Assembly (NCBI GenBank): GCA_963760795.1
Contig: CAVXEP010000004.1
Span: forward strand, 64,001 to 128,000
Direction of reading: 5' to 3'
DNA: 64,000 nt
Source of the DNA: an uncultured delta proteobacterium
Lineage (GTDB): Bacteria > Desulfobacterota > Binatia > UBA9968
In this document: positions 9,900-19,959 of the stretch, one piece after another
Numbering within the stretch: position 1 is the stretch's first letter
Layout of the letters: the number at the start of each line of letters is the position of its first letter
Notes under the pieces: model-generated
The model's database searches: none
The model's input: the letters and a program-made list of their open reading frames with translations, nothing else
Told to the model about the DNA's origin: nothing
Position numbers and translations under genes: made by a program

Positions 9900-10655
9900 A
9901 TGTATCAAACCAATGAGTACGAAGGCATGATCGCAGAAACCGTGACCATGCAAGGACATAAAGGCGAAACCATCAATGCTTACATGGCCCGCCCGCTGGG
10001 GTCCGGACCGTTTCCCGGGATGGTCTTGATCCACCATGCGCCCGGCTGGGACGAGTGGTATCGCGAATGCACCCGCCGCTTCGCCCATCATGGCTATGCG
10101 ACGATCTCGCCCAACCTGTACTTCCGCGACGGCCATGGCACGGCGGAAGACGTCGGCGCCAAGGTGCGCGCCGCCGGCGGCATCCCCGACGAGCAGGTGC
10201 TCGGCGATCTCGATGGCGCCAACAAATTGCTGCGCTCCATGCCCTATCTAAACGGCAAGGTCGGCATCTTCGGCACCTGCTCCGGCGGACGCCATGGCTT
10301 TCTCGCCGCATGCCGGACCAAGGGCATCGACGCGCTGGTCGAATGCTGGGGCGGCGGCGTGGTCATGAAGCAAGAAGAACTGACGCCGAAAAAACCCGTG
10401 GCGCCGATCGACTATACCAAAGACCTTTCCTGTCCGATGATCGGCATATTCGGTAACGACGATAAATCGCCGTCGCCGGAACAAGTCAACGCGCACGAGG
10501 CCGAACTGAAGAAACAGGGCAAAAAATACGAGTTCCACCGCTATGACGGCGCCGGCCACGGCTTTTTCTATTACGATCGTCCGGCTTATCGTCAGGAACA
10601 GGCGGTCGATGGTTGGAAAAAGGTTATGGCCTTCTGCGAGAAAAACTTGAAGTAG
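9900..10655 (+). CDS. Dienelactone hydrolase family protein
   Basis: GTCSGG nucleophile motif, FG.DD, GAGHGF. Confidence 0.9.
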   Translation: MYQTNEYEGMIAETVTMQGHKGETINAYMARPLGSGPFPGMVLIHHAPGWDEWYRECTRRFAHHGYATISPNLYFRDGHGTAEDVGAKVRAAGGIPDEQVLGDLDGANKLLRSMPYLNGKVGIFGTCSGGRHGFLAACRTKGIDALVECWGGGVVMKQEELTPKKPVAPIDYTKDLSCPMIGIFGNDDKSPSPEQVNAHEAELKKQGKKYEFHRYDGAGHGFFYYDRPAYRQEQAVDGWKKVMAFCEKNLK

Positions 10656-10672
10656 GCAGCGGAGGATCCATC

Positions 10673-10963
10673 ATGTGTACAAGCATTACCCATCAAGCAA
10701 AAATCTATGGCCGCGGCAAAAGCGGCCAAGAGTGGATTGAGCTCAAAGAGGCCAATGTCTCCTACGATCATCCCTATGGCATGCCGCTCGAACATGCGCT
10801 GAACATCGATTTCGTCGATGAGTCCAAAGGACCCGGGGCGCGTGTCGCCGTCGAGTTGAGCGTCGACGCGGCGCGTCAACTGGTTCAGACCATCCAAGCC
10901 GTGCTCGCTCAAGCCGAGCATCAAGGCGTCTTGGAAGACAAGCACCAAGCGGCCGTCGGTTAG
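10673..10963 (+). CDS. Small conserved protein, DUF6295-like
   Basis: GGAGG RBS; MCTSI start, VSYDHP...LEHALNIDFVDE..GPGARVAVEL. Confidence 0.7.
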   Translation: MCTSITHQAKIYGRGKSGQEWIELKEANVSYDHPYGMPLEHALNIDFVDESKGPGARVAVELSVDAARQLVQTIQAVLAQAEHQGVLEDKHQAAVG

Positions 10964-10979
10964 TTTGACAAACAAATTG

Positions 10980-11011
10980 GGGCGGCGAAGCTAAAAACGA
11001 CTTCGCCGCCC
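10980..11011. terminator. Hairpin, possible terminator
   Basis: GGGCGGCGAAG-N10-CTTCGCCGCCC just after the stop codon; no clear U tract. Confidence 0.45.
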
Positions 11012-11086
11012 TCGTCACCCTTCGCAATCCTTCTCCACTCGCGCTATAGCTGTCGGTAACTTTTCAAATTCATCGATCTCGTCCCA

Positions 11087-12337
11087 TTGGCTGATTCAGA
11101 AGAAATAAATAACCGCGCCGAGGCCGCGCCGACGCGCCCCTGGGCTTCGCTGGCGATCCGCGATTACCGCTTGATGTGGATCGCCAGCGTCTGTAACGCC
11201 GTGGCGATCCAGGTGCGCAACGTCGCCGGGCTCTATCAGGTCTACGAGATTTCCGGGTCGGCATTACAGTTGGGTCTCACCGGCTTTTTCCAAGCGTTCC
11301 CCTTCGTCATATTCGGACTTTTCGCCGGCGCGGTGGCTGACGCTTTCGACCGTAAGAAGCTTCTTGTCGTCACCGTGGCGATCCAGCTGATTCCGAGTCT
11401 TCTGCTCGGCTTCTTGACCATGACCGGGACGATTCAGGTCTGGCATATTTTCACTCTGGGATTTGTCGGCGCGCTGGTCGAAGTCTTCAACTGGCCGGCC
11501 CGTTCGGCGTTGATCCCGCGGTTGGTGCCGCCGTCTTACATGATGAACGCGGTGACGCTGAATACGATCATCATCCAAACCAGCTTTCTCTTGGGCCCGG
11601 CGCTGGGCGGCGTGCTCATCGATCACAGCGGCTTGGTCTTCACCTATTTTCTCACCATCGCCATGTTCATCCCCTCCGGCATCGCGATCTTTTGCATGCG
11701 CACTTCCGGCGTTCCTGAAGGCGAACGGCGCCGGGTCAATCTGAAAAGCATTTTCGAAGGCATCGAGTTTATCTGGGTGCAGCGAATCGTCTTGTCGCTG
11801 TTCCTGCTCGACTTCGGCGTCACCTTGGTGGGATTTTATAAACCAATCCTGCCGATCTTCGCCGCCGATGTTTTCAAGACCGGCGCATCCGGGTTAGGCA
11901 TTCTCTACGGCGCGCCGTCGCTCGGCGCCATCGTCGGCTCGGTCGTCCTATTGATGATCGGCAACGTCAATCGGATGGGAGTCTTGGTCGTGTGCGCCGC
12001 GCTGATCTTTGCCGGCAGTCTGACGCTGCTGGGACTGTCCGATTCGTTTTGGCTGGCGGTGGGCGCGACCTTGATCTTGGGCTTCACCGATTCGGTGAGC
12101 GTGGCGATCCGCCGCACCGTCGTGCAAATGCTCGCCCCCGACGGCATGTTGGGCCGCGCGTCGAGTTTGATCACCGCCTTCGCTCAAGCGACTAATGGAC
12201 TAGGCGCCGTCCTCGCCGGCGTCGCCGCTCAGCAAGTCGGCGCGCCCAACGCGCTGCTGCTCGGCAGCGCGCTCTGCTTCGTCATGATCCTGGGAATCTG
12301 CCTGGCGATCCCGCAACTGTGGCGCTACCGGTCGTAA
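11087..12337 (+). CDS. MFS transporter (EntS/DHA3-like)
   Basis: About 12 hydrophobic segments; GAVADAFDRKKLL motif A. Confidence 0.9.
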   Translation: MADSEEINNRAEAAPTRPWASLAIRDYRLMWIASVCNAVAIQVRNVAGLYQVYEISGSALQLGLTGFFQAFPFVIFGLFAGAVADAFDRKKLLVVTVAIQLIPSLLLGFLTMTGTIQVWHIFTLGFVGALVEVFNWPARSALIPRLVPPSYMMNAVTLNTIIIQTSFLLGPALGGVLIDHSGLVFTYFLTIAMFIPSGIAIFCMRTSGVPEGERRRVNLKSIFEGIEFIWVQRIVLSLFLLDFGVTLVGFYKPILPIFAADVFKTGASGLGILYGAPSLGAIVGSVVLLMIGNVNRMGVLVVCAALIFAGSLTLLGLSDSFWLAVGATLILGFTDSVSVAIRRTVVQMLAPDGMLGRASSLITAFAQATNGLGAVLAGVAAQQVGAPNALLLGSALCFVMILGICLAIPQLWRYRS

Positions 12338-12460
12338 AAAGAAATTGGCCGCAAAGAACACATAGAACTCAAAGAATGATTGCCGGATTGTCGGGGCCGG
12401 TTTTAAACCCGCCCCCGACGATTCTGCATTTCTTTATTGTGAACTTTGCGTCCTTTGCGG

Positions 12461-13705
12461 CTAAACGATCCCCGCGTCTTTGAGCTCTCTCAGCCTCTGC
12501 TTCGACAGCCCCAACTCACCACAGAGAATCTCGTCGTTGTCTTCGCCCAACTTGTGGCCAAGAAAGTCCACCGAGCCGGGGGTAGCGGAGAACTTGGGCA
12601 CGACGTTTTGCACGATCGCTTCGCCCAAGTCCGGATCGGGCACGCGCACCATCGCTTCGCGGGCGCGATACTGGAGATCGCGGAAGGCATCTTCCATGTC
12701 GAAGACGGCGGAATAGGCCACGCCATGCTTGTCGAAATGCTCGATCACCTCGTCGCGGGTATGCTGCTCGATCCAGGCGCCGACGACACCGTTACACTCG
12801 ACGGTATTTTCCACCCGCGCCGAATTGTCGATGAACTTGGGATCGGTGGTCATATCTATGCGGCCGATCGCCTCGGCGAGCCTCAACCAGACGCTCTGCG
12901 TGCTCGCCGCAAGGGTCAAATACTTGCCGTCCTTGGTTTTGAACATCGAACTCGGCGCCACGTAGGCGACGCGATTGCCGGTGCGCTTATGCACGATCTT
13001 CATCTGATCGTACTGGATCGGGTCGAAGTCGAGGAAACGGAAGACCGCTTCATAGAGCGCCAGATCGATCATCTGGCCTTCGCCGCCGCGCAGATCTCGG
13101 TGATAGAGCGCCATCATCACCGACAGCGAACCAAAGATACCGGCAATCAAATCGCCCAGCGGATAACCCGGCGACATCGGCGGGCCGTCCGGTTCGCCGA
13201 TCAGATTGGTCAAGCCGCTCATCGCCTCGGCGACCCGGCCAAAGCCGGCGCGATTTTTATACGGCCCGGTCTGGCCGAAACCGGAAATGCGCAGCATGAT
13301 GATGCGCGGATCGATGGCGCGGATGGCGTCGTAGCCGATGCCCCATTTTTCGAAAGTGCCGGGACGGTAGTTCTCGACGATGACATCGGTGCCTTTGACA
13401 AGTTTTCTAAAGATGTCCGCGCCTTCCGGCTTGCCGAGATCGAGGGTGATGCAGCGCTTGTTGCGCGACACCGACTTCCACCACAGCGGGATGCCGTCCA
13501 TGATCGGTTCGAGCTTGCGCTGGCCGTCGCCGTATTTCGGATGCTCGATTTTAATCACATCGGCGCCAAAGTCGGCGAGCAACACCGTCGCGAAGGGCGC
13601 CGCCACCATGTTGCCGGCGTCGATCACGCGCACGCCTTTGAGGGGTTTGTGTTCGCTCTTTTTGGTCAGAGGAAAATCATAATGTTCTTTCGCGTAATCA
13701 GCCAT
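12461..13705 (-). CDS. Family III CoA transferase (CaiB/BaiF)
   Basis: PLKGVRVID, ADFGADVIKIE, RNKRCITLDL, ENYRPG, SGFGQTGPY, catalytic Asp in LGDLIAG. Confidence 0.95.
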   Translation of the reverse strand: MADYAKEHYDFPLTKKSEHKPLKGVRVIDAGNMVAAPFATVLLADFGADVIKIEHPKYGDGQRKLEPIMDGIPLWWKSVSRNKRCITLDLGKPEGADIFRKLVKGTDVIVENYRPGTFEKWGIGYDAIRAIDPRIIMLRISGFGQTGPYKNRAGFGRVAEAMSGLTNLIGEPDGPPMSPGYPLGDLIAGIFGSLSVMMALYHRDLRGGEGQMIDLALYEAVFRFLDFDPIQYDQMKIVHKRTGNRVAYVAPSSMFKTKDGKYLTLAASTQSVWLRLAEAIGRIDMTTDPKFIDNSARVENTVECNGVVGAWIEQHTRDEVIEHFDKHGVAYSAVFDMEDAFRDLQYRAREAMVRVPDPDLGEAIVQNVVPKFSATPGSVDFLGHKLGEDNDEILCGELGLSKQRLRELKDAGIV

Positions 13706-13839
13706 TTTTTGCTTTGTCCCTCGTTCAGTCGGCCATTTTACGCATAAAAAACCGCGGAAATAAACCAGGCTCGTTTGACGATGCTATCCCGCCTGGCCTA
13801 TATCCAAACGAGCAAAATCTATCGATGGAGGAATAGGCA

Positions 13840-14619
13840 ATGGCAGAACCCGCAAAGGTAGTTACAGGCATCGGCAAAGCCGAATTACATCGCATCCTGG
13901 TGCGCGGCTACGATTTGAATAAGGAGTTGGTCGGCCACATCACATTCACCGGCATGACCTCGCTGATCTTGCGCGGCCGGCTGCCCACCGAGAACGAAGC
14001 GAAAATGTTGGACGCCCTGATGATCATCCTGGTCGAGCATGGCATGGTCTCCCACGTCATCGCGGCGCGCTTGATCTATCACTGCGCTCCGGAAGCGATG
14101 CAGGCGGCCGTGGCCGCGGCGCTGTGCGGCGCCGGCAGCGTCCATTTGGGCTCGTCGGAATGGTCGGCGAAAATGCTCGCCGACGCCCTGCCCGCCGACA
14201 CCAAGAACCCCGAATACGACGAAATCGCCACCAAGATCATCGACGACTACACGGCGCGCAAACAGCGCATGCCCGGCATCGGCCACCGGACTCATGCGGA
14301 AGGCGATCCCCGAGCCGAGACGCTTTTTAACATCGCCCGCAGCACGGAAGTCTACGGCAAATATTGCGAGCTGATTCAGCGGCTCTCGAAACTCTCCAGC
14401 GACCGGCGCAAGCGCTTGATCCCGGTCAACGTCACCGGCGCCATCGCTGCCATCGCCCTCGACATGGGTTATCCCTGGCAGATCTCCAAAGCCTTCGCGC
14501 TGATCGGTCGAACTTTAGGCGCCATCGGTCATATCGCCGAGGAGATCCAAAACCCCATGGCGCCGCAGATCGACCTGGCGATCAAGCAAGCGCTGGTCTA
14601 CGAACCGGTGCGAACTTAG
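13840..14619 (+). CDS. Citryl-CoA lyase / citrate synthase-like protein
   Basis: VRGYDL, EHG, HLG, PGIGH...DPRA, NVTGAIAA. Confidence 0.85.
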   Translation: MAEPAKVVTGIGKAELHRILVRGYDLNKELVGHITFTGMTSLILRGRLPTENEAKMLDALMIILVEHGMVSHVIAARLIYHCAPEAMQAAVAAALCGAGSVHLGSSEWSAKMLADALPADTKNPEYDEIATKIIDDYTARKQRMPGIGHRTHAEGDPRAETLFNIARSTEVYGKYCELIQRLSKLSSDRRKRLIPVNVTGAIAAIALDMGYPWQISKAFALIGRTLGAIGHIAEEIQNPMAPQIDLAIKQALVYEPVRT

Positions 14620-14659
14620 AAGATTTCTTTCGCGATCCATCTTTCGGGACTCGGCTATT

Positions 14660-14739
14660 GTAGAGGCGGACCTATGTGTCCGCCCGCTGCTCATTTCAAT
14701 CGACCCATGAACGGGCAACCACATAGGGTCTGCCTCTAC
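14660..14739. repeat. GTAG-family REP inverted pair
   Basis: GTAGAGGCGGACCTATGTGTCCGCCC ... GGGCAACCACATAGGGTCTGCCTCTAC; relatives at 9051-9076 and 39072-39131. Confidence 0.8.
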
Positions 14740-14807
14740 AAGTCATCACTTTGTTTGCTCCAGTTCCCGGCTTTTTGTTCTAATGCGCCCAGCAAAAGGA
14801 GAAGCGA

Positions 14808-15570
14808 ATGAGTCTACCAAAACATTCTGAGCGCGCGCGTCGATAGGGTCGCCGTGATCACCTTGAATCGTCCGGAGAAATTAAACGCCATGAGCTACGA
14901 GCTCGCCGCCGATCTCGATGAAGAGCTCGGTAATATCGAAGGCGACGACGAAGTCCGCTGCGTCGTGCTCACCGGCGCCGGACCGCGGGCGTTTTCCTCT
15001 GGCGGCGACATTCACCAGATGGTCAAATCGACACCCGAAGAAATGGCTGCGCGCACCGACAAGCGCCGCGAAATGAACTGGCACCTGGCGACCTTCACCA
15101 AGCCGATCGTCGGCGCCATCAACGGCATCGCCTACGGCGCCGGCGCCCAGCTGACGACCATGCTCGACATCCGCATCGGTTGCGAAAACACCGAGATCCA
15201 GTTCCTCGCCGCCAAATACGGCCGAGCCAACTCGACCTGGTCGCTGCCGTTAGTAGTGGGCATGGCAAAAGCCAAAGAACTACTCTTTACCGGCCGGCCG
15301 ATCCGCGCCGAAGAAGCCGAGCGCATCGGCCTGCTCAATCAAGTCGTTGCCAGCTCGCAGCTGCTCGACAGCGCCATCGCCATGGCCAAACAGATCGGCG
15401 ACAACGATCCGCGCATGGTCCAAGGCATCAAGAAGCTACTTGACGACGGCGTCGGCGCCCCCTGGCGCGAGCGTTTCGACGCCGAGCAGAACGCCAGAAA
15501 GAACAAGCTCAAGGCCAACTCGCCGCGCGAAGGCTTCAAAGCATTTCTCGAGCGCAAGGGAATTAGCTAA
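14808..15570 (+). CDS. Crotonase (enoyl-CoA hydratase/isomerase) superfamily protein, +1 frameshift just after the ATG
   Basis: AGGAG RBS and ATG 14808; YQNIL...VAVITLNRPEKLNA, AFSSGGDI, KPIVGAING. Confidence 0.85.
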
Positions 15571-15587
15571 ATGTCACGGTTCGTTTT

Positions 15588-15671
15588 CGTCATTCCGGCG
15601 TAGGCCGGAATCCAGGTTTTATACCAGCGAACCGAGGACGAAGATGGATACCGGCCTGCGCCGGTATGACG
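15588..15671. repeat. CGTCAT..CCAG REP-like inverted pair
   Basis: CGTCATTCCGGCGTAGGCCGGAATCCAG ... TGGATACCGGCCTGCGCCGGTATGACG. Confidence 0.8.
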
Positions 15672-15695
15672 GAGTAAAGATTCAGGAGTAATCCC

Positions 15696-16850
15696 ATGTC
15701 CCTCAGCGTCGCTGAAAACCAACTGATCACCCATATCGGCCCCGGCACGCCCGGCGGCGAAATGATGCGTCGCTACTGGCACCCCATCGGCTTCGCCGGC
15801 GAGCTCAAAGGCCGGCCGCTGCGGCGCCGCTTGCTTGGCGAGGACTTAGTGCTATTTCGCGACGATCAAGGCAAGCTCGGCATTCTCACCCTGCGCTGTC
15901 CGCACCGCGGCACGTCGCTGGAATTCGGTCACATCGAGGACGGCGGCTTGCGCTGCTGCTACCATGGCTGGCTGTTCAGCACCGAAGGCAAGATCTTACA
16001 GATGCCGGGCGAGCCGCCCGACAGCACCTACAAAGACCGGATCAAGCAAAAAGCTTACAAGCTCGAAGAGCTCGCCGGCATGTTGTTCGCCTATCTCGGC
16101 CCGGAGCCGGCGCCGCTCTTGCCGCGCTGGGATGTGCTGGTGCGTGAAGATGGCGTGCGCGCCATGGCCGGACGCGTGATGCATTGCAACTTCCTCCAAG
16201 CGGTGGAGAACAGCGTCGACCAGCATCATTTCAAATGGCTGCACCGCACGCCCAAGACGAGCTTGTGGTCCGGTGAAACGCTGACATCCGATCCGTTCGA
16301 ATTCGGCATCAAAGCGACCTTCACGCGCACCGTCAGCGCAGGCTCGTTCATGACCAAAAGCTTTTTCCTGTTTCCCAACATGAACAAGGTCGGCTATCAC
16401 CTGAACGAAGATCATCCCGCCGCCTTCGCCGCCACCCACGAAGGCTACGAAGCGCTGCGCTGGCGCGTGCCGGTGGACGACACCAACACCATGCACTTCA
16501 CGCTCTACTTCGCGCCGATCGTGAATGGCAAAGTCACGGCGAAAATTCCCAAGGACCAATCCGCCGAAGGCTTGGGCGATAGCGTGCTCGGCAAATACCG
16601 TTGGGACGAAGAGACCGGTTGGATCGCCCGCGGCGATCAAGACCGCTGCGCTCAAGAAAGCCAGGGACCGATCTTCGACCGCAGCGGCGAGCATCTCGGC
16701 GTCTCCGACGAAGGCGTGATTCAACTGCGCCGCATGTTCAGAGAATGCATCGAGGCGGTGCAGAGCGGCAAAGATCCGGTCGGTGTGGTGCGCGATCCGG
16801 TAATGAACAGAATGATCACCATCGTGCCTGGAGAAATCCAGGTCGCATGA
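15696..16850 (+). CDS. Rieske non-heme iron oxygenase alpha subunit (phthalate 4,5-dioxygenase-like)
   Basis: CPHRG...CCYHGW, ENSVDQHHFKWLH, QD..AQESQG, EHLG.SD.GVI. Confidence 0.9.
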   Translation: MSLSVAENQLITHIGPGTPGGEMMRRYWHPIGFAGELKGRPLRRRLLGEDLVLFRDDQGKLGILTLRCPHRGTSLEFGHIEDGGLRCCYHGWLFSTEGKILQMPGEPPDSTYKDRIKQKAYKLEELAGMLFAYLGPEPAPLLPRWDVLVREDGVRAMAGRVMHCNFLQAVENSVDQHHFKWLHRTPKTSLWSGETLTSDPFEFGIKATFTRTVSAGSFMTKSFFLFPNMNKVGYHLNEDHPAAFAATHEGYEALRWRVPVDDTNTMHFTLYFAPIVNGKVTAKIPKDQSAEGLGDSVLGKYRWDEETGWIARGDQDRCAQESQGPIFDRSGEHLGVSDEGVIQLRRMFRECIEAVQSGKDPVGVVRDPVMNRMITIVPGEIQVA

Positions 16851-16884
16851 TACTTGGGTCATGAATGGCGCAATGCTCTTGGAT

Positions 16885-16974
16885 CGTCATACCGGCGCAG
16901 GCCGGTATCCAGGTTGAGGGGTATGGCGGATGGACCCCGGTTTTCACCGGGGTGACGACAAAGCCGGCATGACG
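16885..16974. repeat. CGTCAT..CCAG REP-like pair plus half unit
   Basis: CGTCATACCGGCGCAGGCCGGTATCCAG ... TGGACCCCGGTTTTCACCGGGGTGACG ... GCCGGCATGACG. Confidence 0.75.
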
Positions 16975-17056
16975 GAATGGGACGCGGGCGAATTGAGGTT
17001 TAGATTTTTGAAACCCTCGGCATAGCGGTCAAAACAAATCAAGTCGGAGGAATACT

Positions 17057-18157
17057 ATGAAATCAAAGGTTCATCACAGAGTTTTTCGCGTTAAGCTCTT
17101 ATGTTATTCGCGTTGACCTTGACAAGCGATCCCAAAAAACTCAATCGCGCAAGAAACCTTGGACTCGCTCATCGCCGCGGCCAAGAAGGAAGACGAGCTC
17201 GTGTTTATCGCCGGGACATCGACCTTCGGCGGCCGCAAGGGTCTGGCCGATCTCGAAGCGGCGTTCAATAAACGCTTCGGCACCAAGATGAAGATCAGCT
17301 TCGCCGCCGGCCCGGACATGAACGCCCGCGCGGCGCGCCACATCACTGAGATCAAAGCTGGGCGTAAAGTTTCTTCCGATATATTTCTCGGCTCGCAGTC
17401 GCATCAAGCGCTGCTGCACAAAGAAAACGCCCTTGAGAAAGTGAATTACGCGGGGCTTTTTTCTTGGGTGACCAAAGAGATGGAAATTTTTCCCGGCGAA
17501 ACCGTACTGACTTATACCTCGCCCAACGGCATCGTCTACAACAAAGACTTGATTCCCAAAGACAAAGCGCCGAAAAACTATGCCGACTTGATCGATCCAA
17601 AACTTAGCCCGGCCTGGGCCGGCAAGATCGCCATCCCACCCTATGTCGCCTGGCTCGCCGAGCTTTCGCTGGTTTGGGGTCCGGAGAAAGTGAAGGACTT
17701 CACGCGCAAACTCGTCGGCATCAGCGCCGGGCGCCTGCGTTACAGCGAAGAAGAGCGGGTCGTCAGCGGCGAATTTCCGATCATGGCGAACTTTGGCGAC
17801 GCGTTAAGCGCCATGTGGACCTGGCAGCCCAAAGGGGCGCCGCTAGTCGCCGTCCCCGGGGTCACACCGATCAACACCGATTACTTTCAACTGAGCGCGC
17901 CAAAGAACGCGCTCCATCCCAACTTGGCCAAGCTCTTCGTCGCCTTCATGGCGACCCGAGAGGCCCAGGCGATTCTGCAAAAATATGAATCGCGCAGCTC
18001 CCATCTGGTCGAGGGCACGATCATGCAAAAGTATCTCAAAGAAAACAAAATTGCCGTCCAAGAGCCCAAGCTGTCCATCGGCTATTATCTCAAGGGCGAG
18101 ACTGACGAAGGTCTACAGTTCAAAGAAGAGCTGGCAAAAATCCTCAAAGGCTCATGA
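17057..18157 (+). CDS. ABC extracellular solute-binding protein; signal peptide disrupted by two compensating indels
   Basis: GGAGG RBS and ATG 17057; MLFALTLT lies in a shifted frame; mature part QETLDSLIAAAKKE...HPNLAKLFVAF resembles 116-1099. Confidence 0.8.
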
Positions 18158-18162
18158 CGTGG

Positions 18163-18280
18163 TCGGAAGTCAGAGATCAGAAGTCAGAGATCAGAGGTCG
18201 GAAACTCAGAGGTCCGATCTCGGTGAACGTTGAACTTTTGAACCTTGAACCTTTGAACGAACTTTTCGGAACGTTTTGAA
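18163..18280. repeat. 7-8 nt tandem repeats (TCAGAG type and TTGAAC type)
   Basis: GTCAGAGATCAGAAGTCAGAGATCAGAGGTC and TTGAACTTTTGAACCTTGAACCTTTGAAC. Confidence 0.75.
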
Positions 18281-18303
18281 CGCAGGTAATCAGGAGATCA
18301 GCG

Positions 18304-19437
18304 ATGTTATCGACGGAAGAAAATGAAACCTTAACCCGAGTCGGCCCCGCCACCCCCGCCGGCGCCATGCTGCGGCGCTACTGGTGGCCGGTGGGTTTTA
18401 CCGAGCATGTGCAGATCAAAGGCAGCCCGGTTAGAACTCAACTCCTGGGCGAAGAGTTCGTATTATTTCGCGACGGCGGCGGCCAGCTCGGCATGGTCGA
18501 TCTGCACTGCTCACACCGCGGCACGTCGTTAGAGTACGGCCGGGTCGAAGATCGTGGCATCCGCTGCTGCTACCATGGCTGGCTCTATGACACCAAAGGT
18601 AACTGTTTGGAACAACCGGCCGAACCGGCCGACAGCACGTTCAAAGATCGGATCAAACATCCGGCCTACAAAGTTCAAGAACTGGGCGGCTTCATCTTTG
18701 CCTACATCGGTCCCGATCCCGCGCCGCTCTTGCCGCGCTACGATTTACTGCTTGAAGAAAACGGCGAGCGCGTCATCGGCGCCGGCACGGAATATTGCAA
18801 CTGGCTGCAGCGCGCCGAAAATTCCGTTGACCAGACGCACCTGGTGGCGCTGCACGCGCCCGAGTATCCGCAGATGGCGTTGAAGCGGCCCGAGATCGCG
18901 TGGCAGCAAACCGACTACGGCGCCAAGATCACCATGCATGTGCCGGGTGTATCCAAGCCCAAGCATTCCCACTGGGTATTTCCCTCGCACACGCGCCACA
19001 CCACCGCGCGCAAGGGACGCATCCCCGATCATGCGATCCGTTTTCGCGTGCCCATCGACGACACCAAAACGAGGACGTTCTGGCTGCGCTTCACGCCCCA
19101 CACCGAAGCCGAGCGCGGCCAGCCCTTCGTGCAAAAAACCATCGGCTTCGAGGACGACAAGCCCGGCGCTTATACCAGGGTCGACGACGGCTGGTGGGGT
19201 ATCGCTTCCCATGATCAAGACCGCGTCGCCCAAGAAAGCCAAGGACCGATCTACCAGCGCAGCAAAGAACACCTGGGCGCGTCCGACCAGGGCGTGATTC
19301 TGTTACGCGACGTGATCCGCCAATCGATAGACGCCGTGCAGCAAGGCAAAGACCCCTTCTGGACACTGCGCCAACCCGAGCACAACCAGCGCATCACTTT
19401 CGACGCCAGCATGGCCGAGATCGGCACGCTGGGGTAG
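18304..19437 (+). CDS. Rieske oxygenase alpha subunit (second paralogue)
   Basis: CSHRG...CCYHGW, ENSVDQTHLVALH, QDRVAQESQG. Confidence 0.9.
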   Translation: MLSTEENETLTRVGPATPAGAMLRRYWWPVGFTEHVQIKGSPVRTQLLGEEFVLFRDGGGQLGMVDLHCSHRGTSLEYGRVEDRGIRCCYHGWLYDTKGNCLEQPAEPADSTFKDRIKHPAYKVQELGGFIFAYIGPDPAPLLPRYDLLLEENGERVIGAGTEYCNWLQRAENSVDQTHLVALHAPEYPQMALKRPEIAWQQTDYGAKITMHVPGVSKPKHSHWVFPSHTRHTTARKGRIPDHAIRFRVPIDDTKTRTFWLRFTPHTEAERGQPFVQKTIGFEDDKPGAYTRVDDGWWGIASHDQDRVAQESQGPIYQRSKEHLGASDQGVILLRDVIRQSIDAVQQGKDPFWTLRQPEHNQRITFDASMAEIGTLG

Positions 19438-19530
19438 GTGGATTAAGCGCCGGCAAAGCGCTAGGTTCTCGACTCCACACCGCGGTGAGACGACAATTCC
19501 CGGCAAGTTAAATAAACAAAGGAATTACCA

Positions 19531-19719
19531 ATGAACGAACAAGACGCCATCGAGCGTGCCTACGGCGCAGCCGTCGAAAGTCTGTGCAAGGCATTTTACG
19601 ACGACTTCACCGCGGCGAACGGCAGCCCCAATGCCGAAGCGGGAGCCAAGGAACGCTTTCGCAACGGCATCATACACGCCCGCCAAGCCCACAAGATCGC
19701 CCTAGAACTGTTGCCCTAA
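19531..19719 (+). CDS. Hypothetical 62-aa protein
   Basis: AAAGGA RBS, GC3-rich codons, fills the gap. Confidence 0.6.
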   Translation: MNEQDAIERAYGAAVESLCKAFYDDFTAANGSPNAEAGAKERFRNGIIHARQAHKIALELLP

Positions 19720-19784
19720 CAGATCTCGCAGAGCGAGCCTTTTCGTTCTCTCAACATCAACGAATAAGTGGGGCACCCGCCGAC

Positions 19785-19892
19785 CGTCATTTCCGCGAAC
19801 GCGGAAATCCAGGTGCGGACCATGTCCGTCATACAGTGAAAACGGTATCCAGATGATGATCGGTCTGGATTCCCGTTTGCACGGGAATGACG
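19785..19892. repeat. CGTCAT..CCAG REP-like inverted pair
   Basis: CGTCATTTCCGCGAACGCGGAAATCCAG ... CTGGATTCCCGTTTGCACGGGAATGACG. Confidence 0.75.
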
Positions 19893-19959
19893 GAGAAAGA
19901 AGGATGTGCGGTGTTTGTCGATCTTGAGGCAGGAAATCTACCATCGAATAGTCGATCAA

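Noticed and set aside
12446-13747. Long antisense ORFs (also 27353-28636, 26376-27341, 39730-40698, 50408-51379, 63329-63976)
   Set aside because: Shadow frames of well-supported genes, expected in GC-rich DNA; no motifs
17114-17122. Two in-frame TGA codons (R-U-P-U) after ATG 17057, possible double Sec
   Set aside because: They fall in a signal-peptide region with no redox motif; a -1/+1 indel pair restores an ordinary hydrophobic leader (MLFALTLTAIP)
18163-18280. Short tandem repeats as a possible CRISPR array
   Set aside because: Units are 7-8 nt with no unique spacers and no cas genes; same for 27285 and 36209
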